From contig OZ037768.1 of the NCBI GenBank assembly GCA_964035545.1, forward strand, positions 22,477,319 to 22,541,318: 64,000 bases of DNA, read 5' to 3'. The notes beneath the pieces were generated by a model that had not been told where the DNA came from, ran no database searches, and was given only the letters and a program-made list of their open reading frames with translations. The position numbers and the translations under genes are program-made. The stretch comes from Bugula neritina. Taxonomy: Eukaryota > Animalia > Bryozoa. This document shows, in pieces, positions 12,601 to 24,402 of the stretch. Numbering within the stretch: position 1 is the first letter of the stretch; each line of letters starts with the position of its first letter.

Positions 12601-15600
12601 ATATAATACATTAAAATACGTTACTATACTGCACTACTTATATAATATAATATTATGAATCATAATAATCGCATACATTTTAATAACGGTGTAGTGTGTA
12701 CATACTAATACTTTTATATTTGTGTAAAATATTCCATAGTTTATTACTACTGTAAACTGCAATGACAACTAATTCCATACCTCAGCTAGATCTGAGTCGA
12801 GCCCAGTATAGTTTATTTGTATCTTGGCTTCCTTAGCATAGAGCAGTTTGGCCTCCTGACTAGAGCGATTGTCCACAGCCGGAGAGTCGGTGTCCTGTGA
12901 TGAGAGCTCCATGTCAAGGTCGTTGAGGGTTCCGCCTTTGGTAGGCACACGAATATCATCCATCTACATATGTTATGTAATACCAGTGACTATATTATAC
13001 ACTAGTGACTAGTGTACAGTTACTATATGACTAGTGTATAGTTACTATATGACTAGTGTATAGTTACTATATGACTAGCGTATAGTTACTATATGACTAG
13101 CGTATAGTTACTATATGACTAGTGTATAGTTACTATATGACTAGTGTATAGTTACTATACGACTAGTGTATAGTTACTATATGACTAGTGTATAGTTACT
13201 ATATGACTAGTGTATAGTTACTATATGACTAGTGTATAGTTACTATACGACTAGTGTATAGTTACTATATGACTAGTGTATAGCTACTGTATGACTAGTG
13301 TATAGTTACTATATGACTAGTGTATAGTTACTATACGACTAGTGTATAGTTACTATATGACTAGTGTATAGTTACTATATGACTAGTGTATAGTACGTAC
13401 CTTGCACTGCTGGAGTAAACTATGTCTGTCGCTACGCTTCTGTTCCAGCCGATTCTCCGTGCCGGTTATCGTCTTCTGGATCACATTGATCTCTTTAAAC
13501 TGTGCGCTCAACCTCTTCTTTACTTCACTGATCTCTAGCTCCACGTGCTCAAACTGAGCCTTTAGAGTCGTCTTTCTTGTGTTTAGCTCTTCTTTGGAAT
13601 TCAAATCCTCTTCTATACTCTACAAGATTAACAGATATTTTATTGTAATCCGCCAGGAGACCTCAGGATTGATTTGAAATACAATTTCTGGCACATAGAC
13701 ATGTTCCCATGAGCACTAACTCTAAATTACACCATGCATCTAATTAAATAGTGACAAAATGATTTGACTATTTGTGTAGGGAATGTATTTATAGTAACTC
13801 ACTGCTAAAAAGAATTGTGCTAAATTGATTATTTTAAAATGCATAACAAATGACACAATTACATACAAAACAATCAAAGTATACTAAAATTATATTAAGA
13901 ATCACTCTGCTATATTTAACATCACTGTGCCATATTTAGTATCAACAAGTTATATTTAGCACCACTCTGCTACATTTAGAATCACTGTGCTATATTTAGA
14001 ATCACTGTGCTATATTTAGCATTACTGTGCTATATTTAGAAACACTGTGCTATATTTAGCATTACTATGCTATATTTAGAAACACAACAGATCTAACAAC
14101 ATAATACACCCGTCACCTCCATCTGTCTGGTTTCCTCCACTTTCAGTTTCATCAGTTCTTCCTCATCGTCAGCGACAGCCTGCGTCCACTTGTTCACCTT
14201 TGTCTTTGTGTCCTTTGACCTTTCGAACTCCAGCTGCTCCACCAGGCGATTCTTCTGGTTGTCCATCTCCAGCTTCTTCTTCTCTCTGGCCTGTTGTTCC
14301 TGGAGCTCCCTTTCTTCATATACTCTGTATTGTATACATTAGATAGTATATACTCTGTATTGTATATTAGATAGTATATACTCTGTATTGTATATTAGAT
14401 AGTATATACTCTGTATTGTATGCATTAGATAGTATATACTCTGTATTGTATGCATTAGATAGTATATACTCTGTATTGTATATTAGATAGTATATACTCT
14501 GTATTGTATATTAGATAGTATATAGTCTGTATAGTATATTAGATAGTATATACTCTGTATTATACATTAGATAGTATATACTCTGTATTGTATATTAGAT
14601 AGTATATACTCTGTATTGTATATTAGATAGTATATACTCTGTACTGTATATTAGATAGTATATACTCTGTATTGTATATTAGATAGTATATACTCTGTAT
14701 TGTATATTAGATAGTATATACTCTGTACTGTATATTAGATAGTATATACTCTGTATTGTATATTAGATAGTATATACTCTGTATTGTATATTAGATAGTA
14801 TATACTCTGTATTGTATGCATTAGATAGTATATACTCTGTATTGTATGCATTAGATAGTATATACTCTGTATTGTATATTAGATAGTATATACTCTGTAT
14901 TGTATATTAGATAGTATATACTCTGTATTGTATATTAGATAGTATATACTCTGTATTGTATATTAGATAGTATATACTCTGTATTGTATATTAGGTAGTA
15001 TATACTCTGCATTGTATATTAGATAGTATATACTCTGTATTGTATATTAGGTAGTATATACTCTGCATTGTATATTAGGTAGTATATACTCTGTATTATA
15101 TATTAGATAGTATATACTCTGTATTATACATTAGATAGTATATACTCTGTATTGTATATTAGATAGTATATACTCTGTATTGTATATTAGATAGTATATA
15201 CTCTGTATTGTATGCATTAGATAGTATATACTCTGTATTGTATATTAGATAGTATATACTCTGTATTGTATATTAGATAGTATATACTCTGTATTGTATA
15301 TTAGATAGTATATACTCTGTATTGTATATAGACACTACTACTATATACTACCTGTTATTACATAATATATACATACTGTATAATCTACCTGATATTGTCA
15401 ACTCCTATTTGGGTACAGAAGTCTGCAAAGATTCTGTCCTCCACTGTATTCATCTTCTCGCGAACTTCTAAGATCTTATCCTGTCGCTGCTCCATTTTCA
15501 TTTCCATTTCTCTCATCGCAGGCTGAAAAGGAAGTACACTTGTAAATTGGCAGCAGTATCACCTACAGCAACGAGTTCTCCATAACGTAATGACTGAAGC

Positions 15601-18600
15601 AGATGGAATAAGTAACCAGATATACGACTCACAGCAAACTTGTCCAGCTGCTTCTTATAGTTGCTGATATCTTGATCGTTCTTGGTTATCACTTTGTTCC
15701 TCTACAAGATCATAGCCCAGGAATAAGATGCTGCAGGTTACACACAATATACTAGCGTAAGCATCCAACAGCATTTCCTAGTTCTAAAGTGGCACAGTTA
15801 TCGCCATGCTATATATAAACATCTTGCATATGAAATAATGCCAGCTGGTGTGTGAATGTAGCCCGGAATCCTCACCGTGTTATCCCTGTCCTGTATGGAG
15901 TACTTGAGCCGCGTCTCGTTCCCCTTGATCTGAGACCGGATTGTGTTGAGCTCAGACTCCTTTCTCTTTGCCTTCTGCACTTCCTTCAACTCCTCCGTCA
16001 GCTGATTTCTCTTCTGCTTCAGTTTGTTCACCTGCTTTTCATCCCACCTTCTAGCCTTAGCTTTCAAGTCACTGTTGGGGGACGCAACAACAAGCTTCCA
16101 TGGTTTGGTTGAGAATAAATATAACTAAAGTACTAGGATTTGTCTTCTCTGCTAGTCACAGTAAAATAGTTAAAATTGCTAGTCTTCTTCCCTAAATAAC
16201 TGCTACACAAGTGAAATTTTGCAATCACTATATATAAAATAAACTAGTTATAACCACTAGTCATGAGCTATGCAGACTATACACACTACAGTCAACACCC
16301 ACCTGGCACCACCAGAGATAATTCCAGACTTCTGGAAGAGAGTTCCATCGAGGGCCACGGCTTTGTGTCTCTGATCCATGTTGTAAGCAACCTACAAAAA
16401 CAATGAGTGATACAGCTGAGAGAAATGGTGGAAATGTGGAGCCACCACATGTCACTACCTGCGAGCACCTGCCTTTACCTGTGAGCACCTGCTCCTACCT
16501 ACCAGCACCTGCACCCACCTGTCTAGCGTCGTCAACAGTCTCGCAGACCAACGCGTTTCCACACGCATACAGCAGAGCTTTCTTGATAACCGGAGGGTCG
16601 TATCTGATGACATCAAACACCAGCTTCACATTGGCCGGCTGCCGTATCTCCCTGTACACAAACAATACTGAGATGATGAGGGTGTAGAGGGGTATTAGTA
16701 AGAGCAGAGAGAATGTGAGGCTAGGGGTTATATCACCCCCTACTCATTAGAAGTATCACTTAATGTTGAGATTTATTTTGGATTCAATATGTTTATAAAA
16801 AAGTTTCCACATATAATAAATGACCAGACTGAGAGTTTAGTGTAGATAACCATTTATTTCGATGATAATTTGAAATAGTAAAATTTCTTCATAACGCCTG
16901 AATGAGAAGAAAACTATAACAGTTTTAATAAATTTCAGGAAGGTGCAAGTTTCAACAGTTGGACCAATCTAAGGCGACGTCACAAATACCTTAGCTGCTC
17001 CGTGATTGGCTTAGTCTTGAGGTTGTCCAGAGGTAAGAAGGTCTCTGGTTCTATCCTCTGCTCCTTCATGTACTGGATACAGTCCTGGGCCGTCCTCACA
17101 CTGTCACAGACTATGGCGTCCATGTCCTTGCCCATCACCTTGGTCACAGCCAGGTGGTAGCGCTTGTGGGTGGGTACGCACATGTCCAGCAGCCTGCCAT
17201 GCTGCAAGAACCATCAAAGATAGAGGAGCCAATGATAGGTTTTTATGACACCTTGTAAATACTTGGAATGAGCTTCTATTTTAAGTAATCCAACAGAGTT
17301 CCGACTATTTTCCACTTTTGTTCATGTCAACTTATTATAGCCAGTATTTACACTGAATTTCACAACATGTTTTCATGTCTTTGATATGTAATAAATCAAT
17401 CAATAAAGATGAAACAGTCCTGGCTTACGCTGTGTGTAATACAATGAGATCTAGCCTACACTGTGTGTAATACAATGAGATCTAGTGTAGTGTAATGCAA
17501 TGAGATCTAGTGTAGTGTAATACAATGAGATCTAGTGTAGTGTAATGCAATGAGATCTAGTGTAGTGTAATGCAATGAGATCTAGTGTAGTGTAATGCAA
17601 TGAGAAAGAAATTTTAAACATTTTCCAGAAGAAAGGAAACGCCGATACGAAAACATACCACTCCGGGATACAGTCTCTTCAGATTGTCAATCAGCTCGGC
17701 TTTTCGCTGAGCTCTCGACGACTCATTCTTATCAACACGGGCCTCCCCCAGCTGTCCCACAACATCTTCCAGCTCCCTGTTGATGGAATTTAGTCTATCC
17801 TGAGCCCCTTCTACCTCCACTGACAAAGTTGCTTCGGTTGATCTTTGCTCAGCAATTGTCTTCTCGCTGGTCCTGCATATGGAATATCATACAATGATTA
17901 GCCTGCGTACTTTATTAACATACATAATAAAATAATAAAGTTGATAAACAACAAGTTTTTTATAAAAATTTAAGTAGTTTCTGCCACAAATTGGTTGTGT
18001 AGAGGTCATTGCATCAAATGGTGAGGCACACAGAGTACATCTCAGCTCAGAATAGTAACGCTTCAAGGGGAGATAAATCAAAGGAGCTCAAACAGACTTC
18101 AGTAGTCTGCGATCTCCTCATAATTGGCTATATTATCATCACAGCTGACAGATGTGTGACACCACATGTCACAGTATGTCACCACATGTCACAGTATGAC
18201 ACCACATGTCACAGTATGTCACCATATGCCACAGTATGCCACAGCATGCCACAGTATGTCACCACTTGCCACAGTATGTCACCACATGTCACAGTATGTC
18301 ACCACATGTCACAGTATGACACCACATGTCACAGTATGTCACCACATGTCACAGTATGTCACCACATGTCACAGTATGACACCATATGCCACAGTATGAC
18401 ACCACATGTCACAGTATGTCACCACATGCCACAGTATGCTGCAGTTATCTACACAGCTAGACGCGTTGCAAAGCAATGCATATCTCTTACGCTATGTACT
18501 CCGTCAGCTTTTCTAGACGGCGGCCATTATCTTCTTTCTCGTTTTCTTTCTGTCTAATCTTAGCCATCAATTCATTGCGCATTCGGTCTTCATTGTCCAG

Positions 18601-21600
18601 CCTATACATATAGATGGAACTTGGGTATACGAAATACTGCTAGTTATATGGTACTACAGACCAGTTACACGGTACTATAGACCAGTTACATGGTACTACA
18701 GACCAGTTACACGGTACTACAGACCAGTTAAATGGTACTACAGATCAGTTACATGGTACTACAGACTCACTTGTCTTGGTCCATCTTCTGTTCTCTCTCC
18801 ACTGAGTCCAACTCCTGTGCATACTTGGCCGACTTCTTAGCTGCTTCTGATTTCAACCTTTCATATTCCTTCATCTAAAATATCATTCACCATATACTGA
18901 CACCTGACAGATACTACCTACCGACACCTGAGAGACACCACACTGACACCAGCCAGACACTATACTGACACCTGCCAGACATTTTACTGACACCTGAGAG
19001 ACGCTATACTGACACTTGATAGGCACTCTCTACTGACACCTGACAGACATTTTACTGACACCTGACAGACATTTTACTGACACCTGAGAGACGCTATACA
19101 ACAGATATCTTTATGTGGATATAAAACAGTGGTAGGTGGTAGAACATCACACAGAGCAAGGTTACAGGGAAGGTAACCAACTGCCCCACCTGTTTACTCT
19201 CCAGCTGGAGGTTACGACCCTGAGACTGGGACTCCTCTGCCAGTTCCCTCTCCCAGTTCCTCCTCCTCTCTTCAAACTCTTCAAGCTCCCTCTCCAGGTC
19301 AGCAATCTGCAGAAGGGTAATTGAAAGCAACTGCAATCTACAGAAAGTTAGTTGAAAACTACAATCTGCAGAATGAGAGTGGAAGTGTCATGAATGCTAC
19401 ACATTCTAGCTGAGCAGATACAATATTCAACAAAAGAAGCAAAATAATACAAAAAATCAACGCTAACAATACCTCATATGACACAAGCATAACACAAAAT
19501 AATAAACCATTACATAAAATCTTTGCTAACTAGTAAGATTGTCTAGTAAAATATGCCACCACAAGCTTACTTCCTTCAGATGCAACTCATGCGACTTCTT
19601 GGCTGCTTTCAGAGATTTCTTCTCAACCTCCAGCTTCTTCACCATGTGGGTTGTCCTCTCCTTGGCTTTGATATACAGAGGCTTCTTCTTGTTGAGATCA
19701 TTTTCCTGTTAGAGATCATTGGGTTTGTAGGGAGACACTGTAGCTTATCACAGAGGAGAGGTCGAGCATAATGTTATTATATAGCCATTGTAGTAACTAC
19801 TGAGTACTACTCCCAGTCATAGTAACTACCACTGAGTACTACTACTAGTCATAGTAACTATCACTGAGTACCACTGCTAGTCATAGTGAACACTCACCAA
19901 AAGCTGATACTTGTTCTCCAAGGAAGCCAACTCTCTGTTCACTGTCCCCTGCTCTTTCTTCTTCAGTCGAACTTCATCTTCTACTTCCTCTCTTTTCTTC
20001 TCTTCTTTCTTCAGCTTCTTGGCTACAAACATGAAAATATTTCATGACAATTTGATAATTCTACCAGCATCAGTGAGTTGGCTAGGTTACAAATTTAGTT
20101 AAAGGTTTGTCTTGGTTGACAAGTCAAATTTTATATTTAATTTTCACATTTTCAAAAACTACCAGGTCAGTGTTTATTACTAGGCTGATTCATAGTCTGA
20201 ATTTCTTTCCACAGCCAACGGCCGAAATATATAAACATGTCTATGTTTTCAATATAGCACTGCTACTACAAGAGGACATATCTATAGAAATTAGTAATTT
20301 GAAACCCACTAATAAGCTACAAGTTATGATGTATTTATCATAGGAGGTAGGCTGGGTTGGACTAGATGGAATTTACAAGTAAATTCACAGTAACAACTAA
20401 TCAGAATGATTGCAAGGCCAGCTCTTCTCTGATAATAAATATATTAGAAATTGTCCCCCCCCCATCAGAATAGTACGACTTACAATGGGACTTCAACTCT
20501 TTCTCCAGGTGTTCTATGTCTTTATCATTATGGTATAACTTGAATAGCTGCAGTTCTAACTTCTTAGCTGCCTGTAACATGGGATGGGCCTTAGTATTTT
20601 AGTTAGTTTTATAAAAATTACAGCAACCATGTTATCCAATATACAGATAGTAAATGCCATTCGGGGACCTGCAGGCTAAAACACAATCAATAACTTTATA
20701 ATGTCCAAACTTCTTATGACTCAACTGCAGAAGTTAACACAAACTCAACACTCATAATTATAGCAGCAAAACACAACTGTTGCACACTGTTTGCTGTCAT
20801 CTTGAGCTCCTTGCATTACACGTTCTGCACAACTTACACATACTACACCATTGCCTGTATACACACACCCAACTATGACATCACTACATACACACACGCA
20901 ACTATGACATCACTGTGACTACAAAACGTCAACTAACCATCTGCTGAGAGAGTTTCTGGTATTTCTCTGCCTCTTCCTTCTCAACTCGTGCCTCTTTCTT
21001 CTCTGCTGCTATTCCCTTCTTCTTCGTGAAGTTGAACTGGGTTTCCTCTTCCGCCTTCTTCACGTCTGACTTGGCAGTTTCATACTGATCTTTCAGCTCT
21101 CCAGACCTAGAGGTAGTAGTAGTGGTAGTAGTGGTAGTAGTAGTAGTAGTACTAGTGGTAGCAGCAGCAGTAGTAGTAGTAGTAGCAGTAGTAGTAGTAG
21201 CAGTAGTAGTAGTAGTAGTAGTAGCAGTACTAGTAGTAGTAGTAGTAGCAGTAGCACACGCTATGAGTTACATACTTGCTAATCTTCTCAAACATGGCCG
21301 TACGGTCTTTAGCGTTCTTCATGGCGATACTCTCCACCTCTCCCTGGTACACCAGGAAGTTCTTAGCCTTCACCAAGATGCCGATTGACTCTAGTGCCGC
21401 AACGTAGTCCGCCTCAGAACACCTCTGTTTGTGAAAGGAAAATCAATACTGCATACAAGCAAGTAGAGTGTAGCTTTATAACATAAACACCAGTGAGTAC
21501 ATTACATACATGTGTAATTATTTATTATATAACACTTATATAACTACTCTCATAATAATATAAGTATTATCTTTAAATATATTCCACATTGTATTATAGA

Positions 21601-23142
21601 TTACACTATATTATATCATTAATATATATAGTATATATACAATATTGCATAACAAATAATATTCTACAGGATACACAATATTACTATTGTGCATTATATT
21701 GTAAAACCCACAATACTATACCATATATATCACTGGTACATGTAACACTGTATTACACATAGTACTGTATCACGTAATACTACACCGTATACTGGTATAT
21801 GTGATACTGTATTATTAGTGTGACACCACACAGCTCCTACCTTGCCATTCAGCCTCCACTCAGAAGATGAACCAACAATACTTCTGGTAAAGTGAGTCTC
21901 CTCACCGGAGTCGTCATCTCTATATATTGCAGTGATGTGGGCCTTAGTAGCTACTGGTTTTCCCACAGGCGCACCGTGAATCAGATCCTATAGGAGAACA
22001 CAACTCTGTAGATATTAATTAAAAATTCTAAAACTGTAAATGATTTACTAGAACTTTTGGTTCAAACTTATTTATAGACAACTGGTTATATAAATAGAAT
22101 AACTAAACTTTGTAGTTATTTAATAATTCAAAATTGAAACAGATGACCTAACCTAGTTTTCATTCAAATAATTCAACTAGTATTTATTTATGCATTGAAG
22201 GGTTTCTATCTTACAAGTTAGTCTAGGTTCAGAAGCTGATTTGCTTTACTAAGGCAATGCATTGGGAAATTCCAACATGGAAACCTTACAAGGTTAATTT
22301 AGCAAAACTCCCTCAAGATGTTGAGGTTCGCGAATACCACAACTTTACTCACACTCAGCTTCCTGACCCTCAAGTGTGACGGCCTTTCTCCTAGCACAAA
22401 GCTGATTGCATCCATCAAGTTTGACTTTCCTAAAACAGGTTAAAGAATTTATGCTAATAAATTTGCTTGGCTTACTCCATCTCTATATGTATTTGACTAC
22501 AGGCTAAAGATTTGTAATTATAGTTATTGCACACCTACAATATTGCAGTCACAATGAATATGCATAGTGACATCTATCTTTAATCCCTATGGGTGTGGTA
22601 TAACATATTAATTATAATATAAGCATCAAATAGATATACAAGTTAAAAAGGTCTTTTATTAATTTGAGTACTAAAATAATAAATCATAAATATTTTAAAT
22701 GGGATCATAAATGATTTTAGTATAACTAGAGATGTAACTCTAAAAACTCTAAATTGAAAATAAATTTCAAAATAGCAAAACATTACAACAATTACAATGG
22801 TTACAAGGCACTTAACAGCAGCTTGATTCCAATCCAATACCAAAATAAGTTTTATATTTACATCACTGATTAGTGATTACACTTTAAGTTTATTATGAAT
22901 ATCAATGTACACTTACAGTTACTCTTAAAATAAGAATTGTCAACTAATAACTTATTTAGACTTTCAACAGAACATCAATAAAATTAAATAGCCTACAATG
23001 AAATTTAGATTAGAATAACTCAAATTTTACCTGAACCATTTGGTCCAATAATCGCAGTGAATCTAGCAAAGGGTCCAATTATCTGTTTTCCTTTCCATGA
23101 TTTGAAGTTTTCGATTTCCAGAGAGTGCAAAATCCCAGGCAT
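9629..23142 (-). CDS. SMC1A: Structural maintenance of chromosomes protein 1 (cohesin subunit); 27 exons, 1248 aa
   Basis: N-terminal [33 protein letters not shown] (Walker A), hinge ([38 protein letters not shown]), C-terminal [26 protein letters not shown] (signature) and [12 protein letters not shown] (Walker B). Exons: 23031-23142, 22353-22429, 21841-21987, 21276-21424, 20938-21106, 20484-20571, 19898-20022, 19571-19705, 19190-19306, 18771-18874, 18491-18601, 17659-17872, 16990-17201, 16519-16651, 16303-16391, 15876-16071, 15633-15701, 15389-15522, 14117-14324, 13401-13619, 12781-12963, 12442-12554, 12044-12212, 11419-11597, 10758-10827, 10275-10385, 9629-9742; total 3747 nt in frame. Confidence 0.97.
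9990..10283 (-). repeat. 27-31-bp minisatellite containing the SMC1 exon-26 end and donor
   Basis: Minus-strand unit (c/t)ccyagg|gttagtatccttacyatata(ta); matches the real junction CCCAGG|gttagt at 10275/10274. Confidence 0.9.
10383..10752 (-). repeat. ~22-bp compound minisatellite containing the SMC1 exon-26 acceptor
   Basis: Plus-strand aacctacaggtaagtacagagt equals minus-strand actctgtacttacctgtag|gtt, identical to the real acceptor at 10386/10385. Confidence 0.9.
10836..11415. repeat. tatacag/tatacac compound satellite filling SMC1 intron 24
   Basis: Reiterated tatacagtatacagatatacac; source of spurious Y/T/I-rich ORFs 10759-11520 and 10821-11621. Confidence 0.95.
11711..11925 (+). mobile_element. 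tRNA-derived SINE, family A (most complete copy)
   Basis: A-box-like tggtctagcgatt, B-box-like ggtttgaaccc, body ggccattggtgatgttaggaagagcatccag, T-rich tail. Head homologous to 56041-56145; tail homologous to ~52350-52445. Confidence 0.7.
12215..12405. repeat. 31-bp minisatellite abutting the SMC1 exon-23 acceptor
   Basis: tacagtatgtgtacattattacacactctac, ~6 copies. Confidence 0.9.
13005..13392. repeat. 22-bp minisatellite in SMC1 intron 20
   Basis: gactagtgtatagttactatat, ~17 copies, abutting the donor at 13400. Confidence 0.95.
13910..14085. repeat. 20-bp minisatellite in SMC1 intron 19
   Basis: atcactgtgctatatttagm repeats. Confidence 0.85.
14319..15330 (-). repeat. 28-bp minisatellite containing the SMC1 exon-19 acceptor, ~36 copies
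   Basis: Minus-strand unit ctatctaatatacaatacag|agtatata; the real junction reads aatacag|AGTATATGAA at 14325/14324. Confidence 0.95.
17430..17605. repeat. 25-bp minisatellite in SMC1 intron 12
   Basis: tagtgtagtgtaatrcaatgagatc repeats. Confidence 0.85.
18155..18440. repeat. 20-bp minisatellite in SMC1 intron 11
   Basis: accacatgtcacagtatgwc, ~14 copies; source of ORFs 18009-18557 and 18166-18399. Confidence 0.95.
18645..18768. repeat. 21-bp minisatellite in SMC1 intron 10
   Basis: gaccagttacatggtactaca repeats. Confidence 0.85.
18893..19095. repeat. ~22-bp degenerate minisatellite in SMC1 intron 9
   Basis: actgacacctgacagacatttt-like units. Confidence 0.8.
21113..21256. repeat. (GTA/GCA)n trinucleotide microsatellite filling most of SMC1 intron 4
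   Basis: gtagtagtagcagtagta...; source of the poly-Val ORF 21122-21388. Confidence 0.95.
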
Positions 23143-24330
23143 TTTGAATCAAATTCAATTATCAATGTGATACTGATAGTGATACTCACACTAACAGTAA
23201 ATACAAACTATGGCTTTTCAGTTGTATATTTTTAGTTTTGATCTGAGTAGTAACGGTAGTGAGACTCAGAGTCGGACTGAGTTTATTAAAAGTAAATCTA
23301 ATAAAAGATTAACTTCAAGGCCAAGACGGATAAACTTAAACTTACAAGTACAAGCATGAATGCTATATTAACATAGCAATTTCCATCGGTTTAAAGGGAC
23401 AACTTACTTTAACACACTACTAACGGTTATTACAATTAGCAGTTGAAGAAGTTAGTAGGAGTACAAGCAGTAATTGCAAAGCTGCTAAGTGTGAACAATT
23501 ACTTTTACTTTAACTTTTAGTTTAACAAAAACTACAAGTGATCGAAGGCGATTTTATCTAAGCGCCAAGAACTCGCTACTTTCTTAGACTATTAGCCCAA
23601 AAACTTACGGATTTACCCAATGAACTCAATAATATTATTATTAATATAATTATATTTCCAGTTCAGTGGAGCCAACACTACCGCATTTGTTGTGTTTTGT
23701 TCGGAGTTATGTCCCCCAACTACTGCACCAATTCACCACCAACTCGGTGCTGCTTATAGAACCATTCGCTGAGCCTGAAGATACTCCTGGAGTACATATT
23801 AATCATTATAATTCATTAATTATAATCACTTAATGCATGCGTTTGGGTTATGTTGATAACAATGACATTGACAAATTATTACAATAATAAAACTATTTTT
23901 ATTTTAAATTTATGCATGCTGCATGTGTGAATAAAACCTATCAGCATCACTATCACTATGACTTAAACTATCAGTATCAGTATTACCATTGCATTATGAT
24001 TATCATTATGATTATGATTATTCGACTTAGTACTAGTAGTATTACTATTAGTATTACTGTATTACTATTACTATGCCAGTATACGTATCAAATTCAATAT
24101 GACCATGGATCAGAATAGTATAGCGTATAGGTATACATATGACTATAGTTATTCTTCGTCTTACTCTTAAAGTTAACCCAGACTTAGAGATTTAGTCTGA
24201 GATTCATTCTGATCCATCAGACACCAACTTTAAGTGATAAGTTCCCAGAGTCATGTCTAGATAGTAACTGTAATATATGTTTGTGTTGCAAAACTGTTTA
24301 AATATTATGCTACATTCTGTGTGTTGTAGG
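23143..24330. promoter_or_regulatory. Head-to-head (likely bidirectional) promoter region between SMC1 and the C2H2 gene
   Basis: SMC1 ATG at 23142 (-) and zinc-finger ATG at 24403 (+) diverge ~1.3 kb apart. Promoter activity is inferred from gene orientation only. Confidence 0.55.
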
Positions 24331-24402
24331 ACTTCTTTGTAGCTTAGCAGGTGTCCACAAGTATCATTCCTTTCACAATTTTTGTGAAATATAGCATCAG
24401 TG

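Noticed and set aside
18009-18557. Cys/His-rich repeat ORF resembling a metal-binding protein
   Set aside because: Translation of a 20-bp intronic minisatellite, antisense to SMC1.
21122-21388. Poly-Val ORF resembling a TM protein
   Set aside because: (GTA)n microsatellite in an SMC1 intron plus an antisense exon.
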